Source: Girardia tigrina
Lineage: Eukaryota
Direction of reading: 5' to 3'
DNA: 62,594 bases
Assembly: GCA_001938485.1 (NCBI GenBank)
Contig: MQRK01245013.1
Span: 1-62,594 of the forward strand
Made by a program: the position numbers and the translations under genes. This document shows positions 26,889 through 40,483 of the stretch, piece after piece; position 1 is the stretch's first letter, and every line of letters starts with the position of its first letter. Below the pieces are notes generated by a model. That model had not been told where the DNA came from. It searched no databases and saw only the letters and a list, made by a program, of their open reading frames with translations.

Positions 26889-28520
26889 CAATACCGGACA
26901 GCCTAATTGGATCAAGGACATTTTCCTTCATAACTTTTTAGAATAAGGTACTATTGCACCCATTTTTACAACGATTGTTAACGTGGTCTATGCTAACATC
27001 ACGTGTAAATTTTAGCAAATTCTGATTATCTTTTGATGCATAAGTAGAGTAGAATTCATTTATGGGCCGACAGCCTAATTGGATCACAAGAAATAACTCT
27101 CCATGCACGCATCTATATAACTAGATGTTTTGCTTGTGCCGTCATTATTTACTGCTTATTCATCATGGACATATCCTCAGCACGCCGTCATTCGATAATA
27201 ACATTGCATCAAACTGGGAATTACACACAACGTGAGATTGCAAACTATGTCAAAGTTCCACAAAGCAGTGTGTCACGCATTATTCATCTGTAGCAGGAAA
27301 CTGGCTCAGTAGAGCCCCACAGAATTGGCCGGCCCCCAACTAATCGTCGTTTTTCTACTCATGATGTTCGTATGCTTGTTAGAGCCTCAAAACAAGATCC
27401 AAAGGCCACAGNNNNNNNNNNNNNNNNNNNNNNNNNNNNNNNNNNNNNNNNNNNNNNNNNNNNNNNNNNNNNNNNNNNNNNNNNNNNNNNNNNNNNNNNN
27501 NNNNNNNNNNNNNNNNNNNNNNNNNNNNNNNNNNNNNNNNNNNNNNNNNNNNNNNNNNNNNNNNNNNNNNNNNNNNNNNNNNNNNNNNNNNNNNNNNNNN
27601 NNNNNNNNNNNNNNNNNNNNNNNNNNNNNNNNNNNNNNNNNNNNNNNNNNNNNNNNNNNNNNNNNNNNNNNNNNNNNNNNNNNNNNNNNNNNNNNNNNNN
27701 NNNNNNNNNNNNNNNNNNNNNNNNNNNNNNNNNNNNNNNNNNNNNNNNNNNNNNNNNNNNNNNNNNNNNNNNNNNNNNNNNNNNNNNNNNNNNNNNNNNN
27801 NNNNNNNNNNNNNNNNNNNNNNNNNNNNNNNNNNNNNNNNNNNNNNNNNNNNNNNNNNNNNNNNNNNNNNNNNNNNNNNNNNNNNNNNNNNNNNNNNNNN
27901 NNNNNNNNNNNNNNNNNNNNNNNNNNNNNNNNNNNNNNNNNNNNNNNNNNNNNNNNNNNNNNNNNNNNNNNNNNNNNNNNNNNNNNNNNNNNNNNNNNNN
28001 NNNNNNNNNNNNNNNNNNNNNNNNNNNNNNNNNNNNNNNNNNNNNNNNNNNNNNNNNNNNNNNNNNNNNNNNNNNNNNNNNNNNNNNNNNNNNNNNNNNN
28101 NNNNNNNNNNNNNNNNNNNNNNNNNNNNNNNNNNNNNNNNNNNNNNNNNNNNNNNNNNNNNNNNNNNNNNNNNNNNNNNNNNNNNNNNNNNNNNNNNNNN
28201 NNNNNNNNNNNNNNNNNNNNNNNNNNNNNNNNNNNNNNNNNNNNNNNNNNNNNNNNNNNNNNNNNNNNNNNNNNNNNNNNNNNNNNNNNNNNNNNNNNNN
28301 NNNNNNNNNNNNNNNNNNNNNNNNNNNNNNNNNNNNNNNNNNNNNNNNNNNNNNNNNNNNNNNNNNNNNNNNNNNNNNNNNNNNNNNNNNNNNNNNNNNN
28401 NNNNNCGTGATGTTAGCATAGACCACGTTAACAATCGTTGTAAAAATGGGTGCAATAGTACCTTATTCTAAAAAGTTATGAAGGAAAATGTCCTTGATCC
28501 AATTAGGCTGTCCGGTATTG
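26889..28520 (+). mobile_element. Tc1-like transposon with long TIRs (mostly gap)
   Basis: Perfect TIRs of at least 115 bp (CAATACCGGACAGCCTAATTGGATC...), TA TSD. HTH N-terminus YTQREIANYVKVPQSSVSRII followed by GRPP, with a premature stop. Confidence 0.92.
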
Positions 28521-29084
28521 TAAGAAAAATTGTTAAAAAGTAATTGATTAAAAAATATTAAATAAATATTAAATACTATATTTTTTATATTTATAATAAT
28601 ATAATACCTAAACCTTTAAAATCTTAATCGACCCGAGTTGTCGCTAAAGACTCTTGGAGTTCAAATATAAAATCGGCCAGGGACCAAATAAACTTTGTTC
28701 TTTTTAACACCTTTGACTTATTAAAAATTGTAATAAATTGTGAATATAAAAATATATTTTATAAATAAAACCAGACTTTCTTCTTGAATAGAATAAAACA
28801 CAACTAACACTCAACAATATTACTTCCATTATCGTATCGAATATGCTCTTTATTCTCTTTGCAGAGATGAAGATATGTCTCCTCAATGTATGTTAGTGTT
28901 GTGTTTCAAAAATTTCAATTTTATATAGTGTTATAAAAAATAAAAACAACAAATTTTAGTGTGAATTCTTTTACTTGAAATTTCTGTGTGAATTTTAGAA
29001 TCCAGATGTAAAAACTTGATGTATTATTTTATCTTTATGTTAATTGTAAATTATCATAAGATTGTGAAAAATATTTGATAAGCA

Positions 29085-29790
29085 ACCAAGGACACGCTAC
29101 CCTTCCCGACAGACTGACAGAAATTACCAACATTCCAATTCCAACAACCGTCACTCAGCTCTGCAGTTTCCTCGGAACGGTGTATTTCTGCAATTGATAT
29201 TTACCAATCTGCTCCACCTTAACTGCTTTTTTATCCTCCATAAGCACGGGAAACAAGAACACTAAAATCCAATGAACGACTTTAACCTTCTAAAGAGTAA
29301 ACTTCAAAACTTAAAAATCCTGGCTTATCCGAATTTTACAGCTCAGCTTTTTCTCGCAACAGACGTCTCGACTATTGCCACGGGAGCGGTACTTCATCAA
29401 TTACATGAAAATGAACATCAACCCCTGTAATTCTTTTACAGAACATAACACACTCACATTCTTCATCTTATTACCCTCAATCAAATGGTTTAGTTGAAAG
29501 ACTTTTTCGAACAACAAAGGAGTTAATGGGATCATGCATGATGGCGAACAGGACAGATAACTGATCTGACATTTTAACAGTGATTGATTTGGACTACGAT
29601 GTTCAAATCAAAAGACAACAGGCCTTAGTCCATTTGAAATTGTTTACGGTAGAAACCCAATAGTTTTAACCACAACCAACAATGAGTTAACAGCAAGATT
29701 AATAAGTGATTATGTGATGTGGCTTAAACGAGAACAAGAAAAGTTAAACAAATTGATAATAGACAAAATGAAAACAGGTTTTGGTTACGC
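29085..29790 (+). mobile_element. Gypsy/Ty3 pol remnants (RT-RNase H and integrase)
   Basis: QLCSFLGTVYF, FLATDVS..ATGAVLHQ, YYPQSNGLVER, TGLSPFEIVYGR. Confidence 0.85.
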
Positions 29791-29819
29791 AGCTGTATAT
29801 ATATATATATGTGTATATA

Positions 29820-30468
29820 TGTCACGACCCATTTGTTCGTAGCAGTTTTGAACGCTCAGAGCCCCCAGTGACTGTTAAGGGTCAGTCACAACCCAGTCTT
29901 AATTTATTACTCAACTATGACTATATATATTACTTATACATTATAGGGTCGGACGCCTCTTTTCGCTCGACATCTGCCTGGCAGTGCCGAGTCTGAAGGG
30001 CCTGCGGGTTCGGATAAAGATGGGATGGGCTATGGGCCCCCCACCTAACTCAGAGCCGATCGGGGTATGTTTTGTACAAATATTCATCAGTAGATTTGGA
30101 TCACGTCTATGCTTAATAGGTATGCTGAAACTTGTTACACGGTTATGTCGATTTATAACTTGTGGCCTTGTGTTATGTGATGTTGAGCTTATGGCAATGT
30201 TGTGTAATGTGGCTTGCAGCACTGTTGGGTTTCTAGAAGTATTATCAACAACAGTATGTGTTGTTATCGTTGTGTAGCTCATTTATCTCGCAGCATATCG
30301 ACAATCAGTCCCTTTGTACCTTGCGCGGATTCATTGTTTCCATATAACAGTTGTATTTATATTCATATAACTTGTATTAATATCATTTATATTTATACCA
30401 AATATATTTATATCAATCAAAGTAATTATTAATATCAAAAATTATATTAATATCATGATTACGTCACA
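29820..30468. mobile_element. Solo LTR (~650 bp)
   Basis: TGTCACG...CGTCACA termini with a TATA target-site duplication inside a (TA)n tract. Confidence 0.7.
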
Positions 30469-33149
30469 TATATTTATATTCATTTAAATAATTATTAGTA
30501 TCAGACCTAAGTGAACTGATTAAATCACGAAATTTGTTCGATCACTATCGCGTCAAATTCTTTAAGATATCCTATTAGTTCGATTTGGTAACCTTACACC
30601 GGAATCAATTTGGAGTTTTTTAATAAGATTGAAAAACTAACCAAATCAGCGTTTTCAATTTTCCATTGTTAAATAACAATTTATTACATTAATAATTTCG
30701 CGATGAGTTAATTATCTCAGTGAATTCTCATTTATGAACTGCAATAAAAATATTAATTCATAACATTTCTTTACTAGGGATTCATTAGCTTGTAATTATA
30801 TTAAAAGAACTCCCAATTTAACTTGAGTTATTCCAGACAAAACAAAAGTCTACTAAGTTGATATTCATAAATCGATAAAATAGTTACGTTGATACAGATC
30901 GGTTATTATAGAAATTCTAGCTAATAATTTTAGTTAACAATTCGAGTTAATAGTTTGCAGGATTTCTTAGAAATAATTCACGTAATTAGATAATTCATAG
31001 AAATAATAATTCATAATCTAATTCAAAATCCTAAAATTAAAGTAAATGGTAAAATTAAATTAAATTACTCCTAAAATTCAATTATAATCCTAATTTTTTT
31101 AAAACTCGTGATAATGATAAGACTTAATCATAAAAAAATTATTTGTTTTAACGAAATAAATTGCATCGCAACCTTGGGATGTTTTTTCGATTTTCCCCAA
31201 AGAAATTTCTATTCTTATTCGCCTCGTTGGCGTTTTTCATGGCATGACTACATGGCCAGTCAAATATGAAGGTATCGGTACTGTGGATTTTAATTGTCGG
31301 AATTATTTACTATAGATAATCAACATTCGTTCATAAAATTTATAATTCACCCAGATTCTAATTTTCTTAAATTGACTAAATTAAACATTGCCTACAATTA
31401 GACATCACTGTAAAATTAAACACTTAATAAATAACTAATAACCAGCTGGGATCAATAACACTCTGAGATATTACATCCCTTACTATAGTAATCACTGATA
31501 AAAATAAGCAATAATAACAAGACGGTGACTAAAATCATAAGCTAAGGTATATTTAAAAGAAAGGGTTTCGTTCTAGTTACTCGGCCGTACGACACGGCCG
31601 AATTCACGACTCTGCATCCTCGATTGGTCATGGCTATCTCAGAGAAACAATTCGAGGGGCACCGAAACTACTTCGAGGATAATTGGGTCGGTGTGATTAC
31701 CGACGCTCCTCCAGCGCGCGTTGGAACGCAAATTATCCCGGGGCATAGTTGAAGGCGACGACGGCGGGGCGATGAACTGTGGCTAAAAGATTAAATAAAC
31801 GGTAGAAACACGATCTTCCGTGCTTAGGATGACCCTGTTTGATCTATTAAACGATATTAGTCTGAACGATTAATAACAACACTTTGGTCACGCTTTCAGG
31901 GCAATCACTTAAACTACGACATTGACACAGTAAAATCAAAACGTATAGAAAAAATAAAATAAAAAAATCGTAAGAAATTCACCAAAATACTTTTATTGTG
32001 TAAAACTGAAGAGTAAAATAAATAAAATTACATTAAAATCACGCGATGCGTGCAAGTGCCCGGAGGTCCGCTCGGTAAATCGCTCGTCGTTAACTCGTGT
32101 AGGCTCCTCTGTTCGTCGACGCGTCTCTGGATAGAAGCGTCCCTTTAGGTATCGTGGATCGATTTCGGTTGTAACGAGAGATTCGTAGATGCTACGATCC
32201 TCGTCTAAGCTCGGTTCAATTTCTTCTTGTCGAAGTCCTTCTCGATAAGTCACGTTCGCGGTTGCGTTGAAAATCGAAGTCAAAATCTTGCGTAAAAAAT
32301 TCGTAAGAAAATTGTGCAAGTTGAAAATTGTGCGATAAAAATTGTGCGTTTTTGTCTGAGTGAATGTTATATTTATAACACTCACCATTTCGTTTGTCGG
32401 GGTGTGTTCTCTTCGTGGCCGTTTCTGGTTGGCCAACAACGATGATTGCTTGTTTTGATTTGCCGGTACAGGTTGTTGTTAGGCCGTGTGTCTGACTCCA
32501 GACAGTGACTGCTTTGTCACAAGGTTCCTTGTCACCGATGACTATTCATCGCGTGACGCTGCTCTTTCTTTTGTGGGCTTGACTCACCGTAAGTTTTATT
32601 TACTATTCTTTGTCTGACTTAATTGGCCTTTGTCCTTCTTTAATTAATTTATTTATCTTTTCAGGGGTATAACTTTTCAGGGGAACGTGTCAGGACTTTG
32701 CGGGTGACCTTCAAGGATTTCTCGTCTTCGGGGCTACAAGTGGATGGTCCGTTGGTTTTATAACGTTAATGGCTCGTCCCAGAGGTGATTTAATTAATTT
32801 TGGTCTCTTTTTAATTAATTATTTTCTTTTTTAAAGCAATTAACTCCTTTCTCAGCGTTTTCGGGGTTCGGCAGTTCCATTCCAAAGACACATTATATTA
32901 TTTGGTTCTTCTCATCGGGTATGCTTTCATTTCACTTGTTTGATTTTCCTCATCTATCGTTTTTAGTTGTGATATAATGCTGCCTCTCAGACATGGATGA
33001 ACAAAGACGATCCTGGGACCCACCTTTTGTGTTAATAATGATTCAAATAAATGTATTAATCTCATGGGTCTTTCTTCTTTATATTCTCTTTCTTATTGTT
33101 TATAACTATATGTATTTTATATTATGTATTTGATTTCTCGACCGCAACA
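30469..33149. mobile_element. Long LTR-like non-coding segment
   Basis: Ends CGCAACA next to (TA)n, has a CpG-rich non-coding core at 31570-32900, and no convincing protein. Confidence 0.4.
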
Positions 33150-34399
33150 TATATATATGAAACACATGGTATAAGCAATTAAGTGTCGAAGACAAAGTAC
33201 TCGTTAAAGAAAGCGGAGAGAGTAGATTCGGTAAACCAATATAAAGTGGACCATATACAATACAAAAGATTTTAAATAAGTATACTTATATTCTTCAAGA
33301 TGAAACATCGTAGAAAGTAATGAGAAGAAATTATAATCAGTTAAAAAAATACAATTGGGAATTAAACGCACCAATAGATTATGAATCAAGTACGTCATTT
33401 ATATCCAGGAAAGAATCAATTGCCAGAAAGACGAGATACCCGATTAGAAGCACCAGGAAACCACTACCAAAATATTGTTGATTTCCAAAGGGGAAGTTAT
33501 ATTATAATTTATGATAATTATTAAAAATGAATAAAAAATAGAAATTATTAATAATAGGAATTTATCTTGTTTAAAAATAAATGTTTAAACATTGTTTTTT
33601 GTTAATAAATATTTAGTAAACCATCTTATTAATCTTTTAAGACTATATGTTTGATGATAATTAAAAAAATATAAATAAAGGAAGGAAATTAGTCGATTAA
33701 AGAAATTCGATTAAACGAATTAGATGAATGGCACTGATCTCGATCCTATTTTGGTATCTTTAGAAACCGGAGAGTTGTCATTTTGCAATTCAAATCAAAG
33801 TGCTTCAAATTCACTGAAACAGAAACGAAAAAAATCTCAACGAAAGAAAACGAAATCAGAAAGTAGAAAATCATTGAAAGAATCAATCACTACAGTTGTT
33901 GATCAAGAGTACTGATTGTGTTAAAATGTGTATACAATTAGGGTGAAGAAAGAGCTCTCAGAAACGGAAATTATTTCATTCAATTGTTTCAATTTCGTCG
34001 TATCATCCTTATTTTGCAATTCCGTTCTTGATTCATAAAATATTTTAAATGCTTTTTGATTATCTATAAAAAATTTATTTCAATCAATCAAGCGTGATAA
34101 AGTCAAAATAAATCAATCACCGTAATCCATTGGACATTTTGTGGTATGTTAATTTCGAAAAAATTCAAATTGTAATACGGAAAAATAATTCAAGGGACAA
34201 ACTAGTGGAAAAATCAATTTGAATTGAACGGGCGATTTTTTTGAGTATAAAAAACAAAAAATCGAATTTGTTTGTGGTGAATAATAAATCGAATTTGTAT
34301 GTTGATGTGCTTTTGTTTAAAACGATCATCTGTATGCGATAAATTAAAGGTGGAACATGGTTTTTGTAATCGATTCGAACTAAATAAATTATTTCGGCG

Positions 34400-34650
34400 C
34401 AAATTTTGTTGTTTCTTTTGAAATTTTGTAATTCACCATTGATTTTTTTTGAATTCTCGGAGAATATCGGATAATTTTGATTAAATGGGAGGATTTTGTT
34501 TTCGAAATGATAATTATTGCCGCCCGATCGATTGTGCGAATCGATTTTCAAACAAGTGTTTTATTTGCAGTGAACTCATCAGCTCGGAGGTTGTTTCGGC
34601 GTTGAGTCATCACTGTCACAATGATTGTTTCACGAATGTGATGGTGTATT
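34400..34650 (+). pseudogene. LIM-domain (abLIM/UNC-115-like) fragment
   Basis: GGFCFRNDNYCRPIDCANRFSNKCFICSELISSEVVSALSHHCHNDCF resembles the abLIM LIM1-LIM2 junction (GGFFIKNGEYLC..DY..YGTRC..C.EFVEGEVVTALG..YH..CF), with lost cysteines and an upstream stop. Confidence 0.65.
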
Positions 34651-35009
34651 TGCTCCTGGTAATCGAGTGACAATGAAAGATAAAAAATTCATGTGTAGTT
34701 ATTGTTAAAACAGAACTGACAAATTATCGGCTATTAAAAAGAGCTCCATACCAAATTCTAATGACGATGCGACTAGCGATCAAAGGTATATAGGATCCGA
34801 CGCAACATCCCTTTTATCTCCAACTGAAGCGGGAGTTCTAACGTTGGTAATTGTTTTTTCCTCAAGATCCGTAGCTCATCCCCTAACACCGGAGAGTCAC
34901 AGCTATGCATTCGCTGCGCAACACACTCTGTTATCACTATAACATTTTCCTTTTTTAATGTTTTTTGTAATGAAATTTAAGATAATAAATCCAACCACGC
35001 ACAATAATA

Positions 35010-36268
35010 TTAGGTGTACAAGTATGAAATGCGGATTAAATTTTGGAAAGAAATACGTTAAAAACAAAAGAACGATAAAAAAAGCTTTATTCAAATATGC
35101 TCCTTTACTAATGATACATTTGTCCCATCTATATCTCAAATTGTGGATACCTCGCCAGTAAAAGTCTTCCTTTTTTTCCATGAACTATTCATCGACCCAT
35201 TTTTGCACATTTTCGTAAGAATCAAAGCGCTGCTGAGCAAGTGCGTGACCCATCGATGCAAACAAATGGTAATCTGAAGGAGCCAAGTCTGGTGAATAAG
35301 CCGCTGGAGGTAAAACTTCCCAATTCATTTCCTCCAACATGGCGCGAACCGGTTTTGATGTATGTGACGAAGCGTTGTCATGGAGAAGAATAAACTTGTG
35401 TTGCCTTTTGAGGTATTCAGGTCTTTTTTGAAGCAGCGAACGGTTTAAATCGACCAACTGTTGTTTGTAACGTTCACCGTTTCACCGGGTTTTAATAGTT
35501 CATAATAAATTACACCCTTCTGGTCCCACCAAACGCAGAGCATTGTCTTTCTGCCAAAGCGATTTGGTCTGGCTGTCGATGTGGATGGCGTNNNNNNNNN
35601 NNNNNNNNNNNNNNNNNNNNNNNNNNNNNNNNNNNNNNNNNNNNNNNNNNNNNNNNNNNNNNNNNNNNNNNNNNNNNNNNNNNNNNNNNNNNNNNNNNNN
35701 NNNNNNNNNNNNNNNNNNNNNNNNNNNNNNNNNNNNNNNNNNNNNNNNNNNNNNNNNNNNNNNNNNNNNNNNNNNNNNNNNNNNNNNNNNNNNNNNNNNN
35801 NNNNNNNNNNNNNNNNNNNNNNNNNNNNNNNNNNNNNNNNNNNNNNNNNNNNNNNNNNNNNNNNNNNNNNNNNNNNNNNNNNNNNNNNNNNNNNNNNNNN
35901 NNNNNNNNNNNNNNNNNNNNNNNNNNNNNNNNNNNNNNNNNNNNNNNNNNNNNNNNNNNNNNNNNNNNNNNNNNNNNNNNNNNNNNNNNNNNNNNNNNNN
36001 NNNNNNNNNNNNNNNNNNNNNNNNNNNNNNNNNNNNNNNNNNNNNNNNNNNNNNNNNNNNNNNNNNNNNNNNNNNNNNNNNNNNNNNNNNNNNNNNNNNN
36101 NNNNNNNNNNNNNNNNNNNNNNNNNNNNNNNNNNNNNNNNNNNNNNNNNNNGTATGAGACACTAGATAATTACTCAATATTATGACATCATTGCCTAACC
36201 ATTGACCTACTTTTTGCATTGTGCACAATCCGTTTTCTGAAATCCGCATTTCATACTTGTACACCTAA
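35010..36268 (-). mobile_element. mariner transposon, second copy of the 6218-7506 family
   Basis: Same TIRs and TA TSD, near-identical sequence, YSPDLAPSDYHLF. Confidence 0.95.
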
Positions 36269-37589
36269 TATTTGAATTATAGAAATACTGCGTCATCCGC
36301 AAATTCAAACAAAGGCATTTAATTTGGCTATGAAATTCCCATTTTATCTTATTTTTGTTACCAAATATTTTCTTATCCATGAAATTAAATAAGATTAATG
36401 ATTGAGTATGATGAGCAGAACTACGAAACTTTTGTAAATAATTTGAATTTATGTAAAAAAATTCTGAAAGAGAATCTACTTTTTTATAAGTGTAAAAATT
36501 AAATTTGTAAAATAAATTTATGTTATAATGGAAAAAAATATAGCGTTATTTGTGTTAAAAGAAAATAAAAAACTACGAAATTGGTTTCGTTTTCAATGAT
36601 TAAAAAGGACATGATTTTGAATTTAGGTGGTACGTAGGAATCGAGTAATTCGTTTAATAAGTCAGATTTGGAAAACTTCAAGCACCTTTCGGTCATATCT
36701 GGATAGACCAGAAGTGCAGGGAGATTATTGAGGAATCTCGACAGATATGTGTCGACACTTTACAGATCCCATTTACTGGCAGCATTTTATGTGACTGCAA
36801 ATCAATTGATAAACAGATTAAATGGTCAAAAAATGAATCCAAAGGGAGCAGTTTATGCAGTTTTTCCGCGAGGAAAAGGTGATCGGTGAGATTGCTCTCC
36901 CTGAATTCTTCCCACTACGAATCAAAAATCCCCTAAAGGCACGAGATCATGGGGGCCGAGCTTACGCGTCAATAATCTATATTGGTAAATTGTTGCTTTA
37001 TATTCTGTTTGATTTCATAAAAATAAAATCTCGGTTTAATAATAATTGAATTTTTAATCATTATAAGTTACTCTTCAAATATATTGAAGTTGATGGAGGT
37101 TTAATTATTGAACTTTCTCATTAACAGCGACATTTTTGATACTCTATAGAGAACAATACTCTCGTCGGCTACCAGATCATCAATAATTTCAGCTGGTCCT
37201 GTGAGTACCTTTCATTATCTATCAACTGATCGGCTGTTTCAAATTCACTCTCAAGATCTTTTTCATATTCATTGCCTAAAAGTTAAAAGTCTGCGCTAGT
37301 ACAATGNCACCTGCCGTAATCTCTCTCATGATCGACTCCCAGAAATATATTTTAACATATTTCCAATATATATTTACACTCCATCAACCTTGTAAGATGA
37401 TTCCATAAGAATTGACAAGAAAATACTTTAATGAAAATTAATTTTTTAATTTTAAAATAACATGCTTTTATTATTATTATTCAAACCAAGTCAAGAGATT
37501 AATTTGAATATTCTGGATCCGTTATTGTATATATTTATATATTTAGTATAATAAAGATAATATAAATAATAATTCTTATTTATCCTACC

Positions 37590-38060
37590 ACCCCTCTTCT
37601 TTAAAAGGTTTAACCATTCGATATATCTGTGTATTATTCGACCCGTTTTACTACGTATCATCGAGGACCGATCATGTCCTTTATAATTAATTTCATAAGG
37701 TCTGTCATAACGATCCAAACCTTTTTATCCATTGTCTATTTTCCCTAATATTCAGTGTTCAACCTGAAAATCCAGTTTTATAGTAGTTTTCATTTGTTTC
37801 GCATTTTTTATTTTTTAATTTTATCAATGATTTTCTTGTTAACAACTCGTTATGTCGGGAGACATCATTAGTCAGTCATTTTCAAATAATTATATCCAAC
37901 CGAACTATATCCAATCGTGCTTTTTATTTGTGTTCGCACTGAACTCTATCTCCGGTAATAATTCTGCCCAAAGTTTAAGTTCCCTTTCTTTCAGTGTCAC
38001 GTTTGATGCATCTCGAACGGTTCGAGAGCGGATAACTATAGTTCCTTTAGAACTATAGTT
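37590..38060 (-). mobile_element. Gypsy integrase C-terminal remnant with polypurine tract
   Basis: WAELLPEIEFSANT, DRYDRPYEI (GPY/F-like), then AAAGAAGAGGGG followed by TG. Confidence 0.6.
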
Positions 38061-39899
38061 GTATGGACTTTAAAATTCTATCTTAATCAATACTATATAT
38101 GTCATTAATCTCCATCCAGGAGTGACGACTCTTGTGTCACCATTCAAGTTCATTATTTTGGTCTTTTTGATGCTTATTATGAAGTTTCGTAATTATATCG
38201 ATCCGATGTTGATGGTTGTCGCTGTGTTGGTGGCGGTATTGAGGACATTTTCCTGGTGGATAATTTGTCTTTCACGCCTCTTTATCTGTTTAAGTTCCAT
38301 GCCTGGATTTTGTAGACTGACGATTTGACATGGTCATTTTAATTCGTTCAAATTCGTCTTATGTAATTTTTCCAGCCAGTTTTTCAACTTCAACTACTGC
38401 TTTTTTGCAAACCACGAGGGGGAATGATTGTCTGACTCCCATTAATACTTTCAAAGCGTAATTGACTTTCTCCCCCAGAATCTCCGTGTTTTTTCGTTTC
38501 CATTGCCTTAGCTTTCGAATCAACTTCTTTCTTAGATCTTTACATCAGCTCATCTCGGTTCATGATGTAAAACTTGGTTTCTTGACAATTGCGTAAAGAC
38601 AATTGCGTACATGAAAATTTAATCAATAAAAATTTATTAATTAAATATCGATTGCTTAATATTATTGGGTATTAGAAATCTTTAATATAATTATTTACTT
38701 TTAAAACACAAATCTTGAATCTTTAATCGTAAATCTCTATTCTTTAATCTTTAATCAATAATCTTTAATCCGAAATCTTTAATCTGACTCCAATTATTCA
38801 GAAAGGACTTCCAACATCAATATATAGACAATGAACACAAATCCTTTTATGAAACTTTATTTCAAATAACAAAAATTAACAAGTCAAAAACAATAATAAT
38901 AATTCAATTCTTGATGAAAGAACACAAACACAAAAACAATGTTTCGTACGAGTTAACAGATTACAGTAAAAACTGTGAATCTCCAAAACGAACGAATGTT
39001 TAAATTTAAATTAAACCTTTTTCTCCCATACGGGCGGGATACTTGTGGTTTAAAGAATAATATTTTAAAAAGAATAATAAATAATAGAAATAATTTTGAG
39101 TTTACTTGCTTCCTTTTGTTTTTTTGATGAGAGAATTTTTGGGCAAACTAAAACTAAATTTGCTGCTGTTTATATAGTAATTTTCATCAGCCTTGAAAAT
39201 TGATGAAGTAAAACAAAGACTAAAATATTTATAATTTTTAATTCCAAGTTTTGTTAAACTAAATATTATTTTGTTTGAAATTAATAATTTTACTAAAAGA
39301 ATTATTTAAAAATTTTCCTATATAAAAGTTTAAAAAATCGATATCATATGTTTGATGCACATTTTGATTCTCTATCTGAATATGCAATTAGAATTTTCAT
39401 ATATTGATTACTTTTTCCTATGGTTTTGTGATAAAAGAAACAAAAAAGATTCCAGTGATTATTAAATCAAATAAAATAGTTAAACTAATAATCTCATGTT
39501 TTAAGAGATAAAAAGAACTCCATATCCATAGAAACATTCGATTTATTTTTAAATAATAAATTAAATTAAAATTTCCCTAAATTCTAATAAAAAAGTAACT
39601 TTTATCGATTTCAATGTTTGCCAGACGCAGTGAATCATTAGATGCAATAGAAATCGAAAAACTCGTCAATGCAAATTCGATTTATTTATTCGGAAAACCG
39701 AATCTCATCAATATAATTGAGAAATCACTTTTATCAGTGACGTTGATTTCGAAAAAGAAGGAGAAATTGTCGGTTATGCGTCTTTTTACGATTATCCGAA
39801 CATTTCCGAACTGGATTCGGGTTGCGATTGGAATTGCATGTGCGAATTGGAGGATTTCGAGCAAGCCAATCCTTTCAATACGCCTTTCATGTACTATTT

Positions 39900-40171
39900 T
39901 TTCTCACAATCCGATCCGGCATTGATTCGTTCAGAATAATATGATTTAAATTTCGGAAGATTTGTGTTACAAACTTTCAAATGTTGCTTCAATTTGTGTT
40001 CATAAACCGAGTGCTTATCATCGATCGAGCAAATAATAAGTTTCTTTTGTTCATTGGATTCATTAGTGACAGAATGTTCGTGGCAACATTCACTGGGCAG
40101 TTTGGTAAATTCTCGACAATTTCGTTTTTTGTGTGCGAAACAAAATACTTACATATGATAAAATCGGCCAT
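39900..40171 (-). pseudogene. TRMT13: tRNA m4X methyltransferase TRM13 N-terminal zinc-finger fragment, frameshifted
   Basis: CKYFV/KKRNCR...CHEH...KKLIICSIDDKHSVYEHKLKQHLKVCN...YYSERINAG matches the TRMT13 CCCH and CHHC fingers. Confidence 0.8.
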
Positions 40172-40174
40172 GGA

Positions 40175-40483
40175 ATGAAATTATGCTTTCTATAGATTAA
40201 AATTGAGTGAACTGTTGTCATGACCTTTGTTGATTGGCCCGTTTATGTGTGTTGTGAACTATATTGGAGTGTGTATGCGTATGTCTCGTGGAATTTTTGT
40301 GAGCGAAAATTGAATCGAATTTTTTGTGAACTGTTTTAGTTTAATTCGAATTTTAGTTTTTGTTTAATCGAGTGAATTTTAATGCAAAAATTTTTTTGGC
40401 GCGAAATTTTTTCTCGATTGTTTTGAGATTCACCATATTTTTTTGGTAATTTAAAAATCGTGATTTGGTGATTTAAAAATCGA
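40175..40483. promoter_or_regulatory. Bidirectional promoter-like segment between the TRMT13 and STIP1 fragments
   Basis: Lies between divergent start codons. Contains GATTGGC (reverse CCAAT), TTTTGGCGCGAAA (E2F-like) and CCATATTTT (YY1-like). Confidence 0.55.

Noticed and set aside
27325-28455. Long ORFs across N runs (also near 7.2, 13.2, 35.6 and 47.6 kb)
   Set aside because: Artefacts of translating assembly gaps, which fall in repeats.
34165-34551. 128-aa minus-strand ORF, vaguely cadherin-like
   Set aside because: Better explained as the antisense of the LIM fragment on +.
36610-36990. Coding-looking segment (IGEIAL, weakly like a cyclic-nucleotide-binding motif)
   Set aside because: Stops in all frames, no partner exons, and similarity too short. 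Unresolved.
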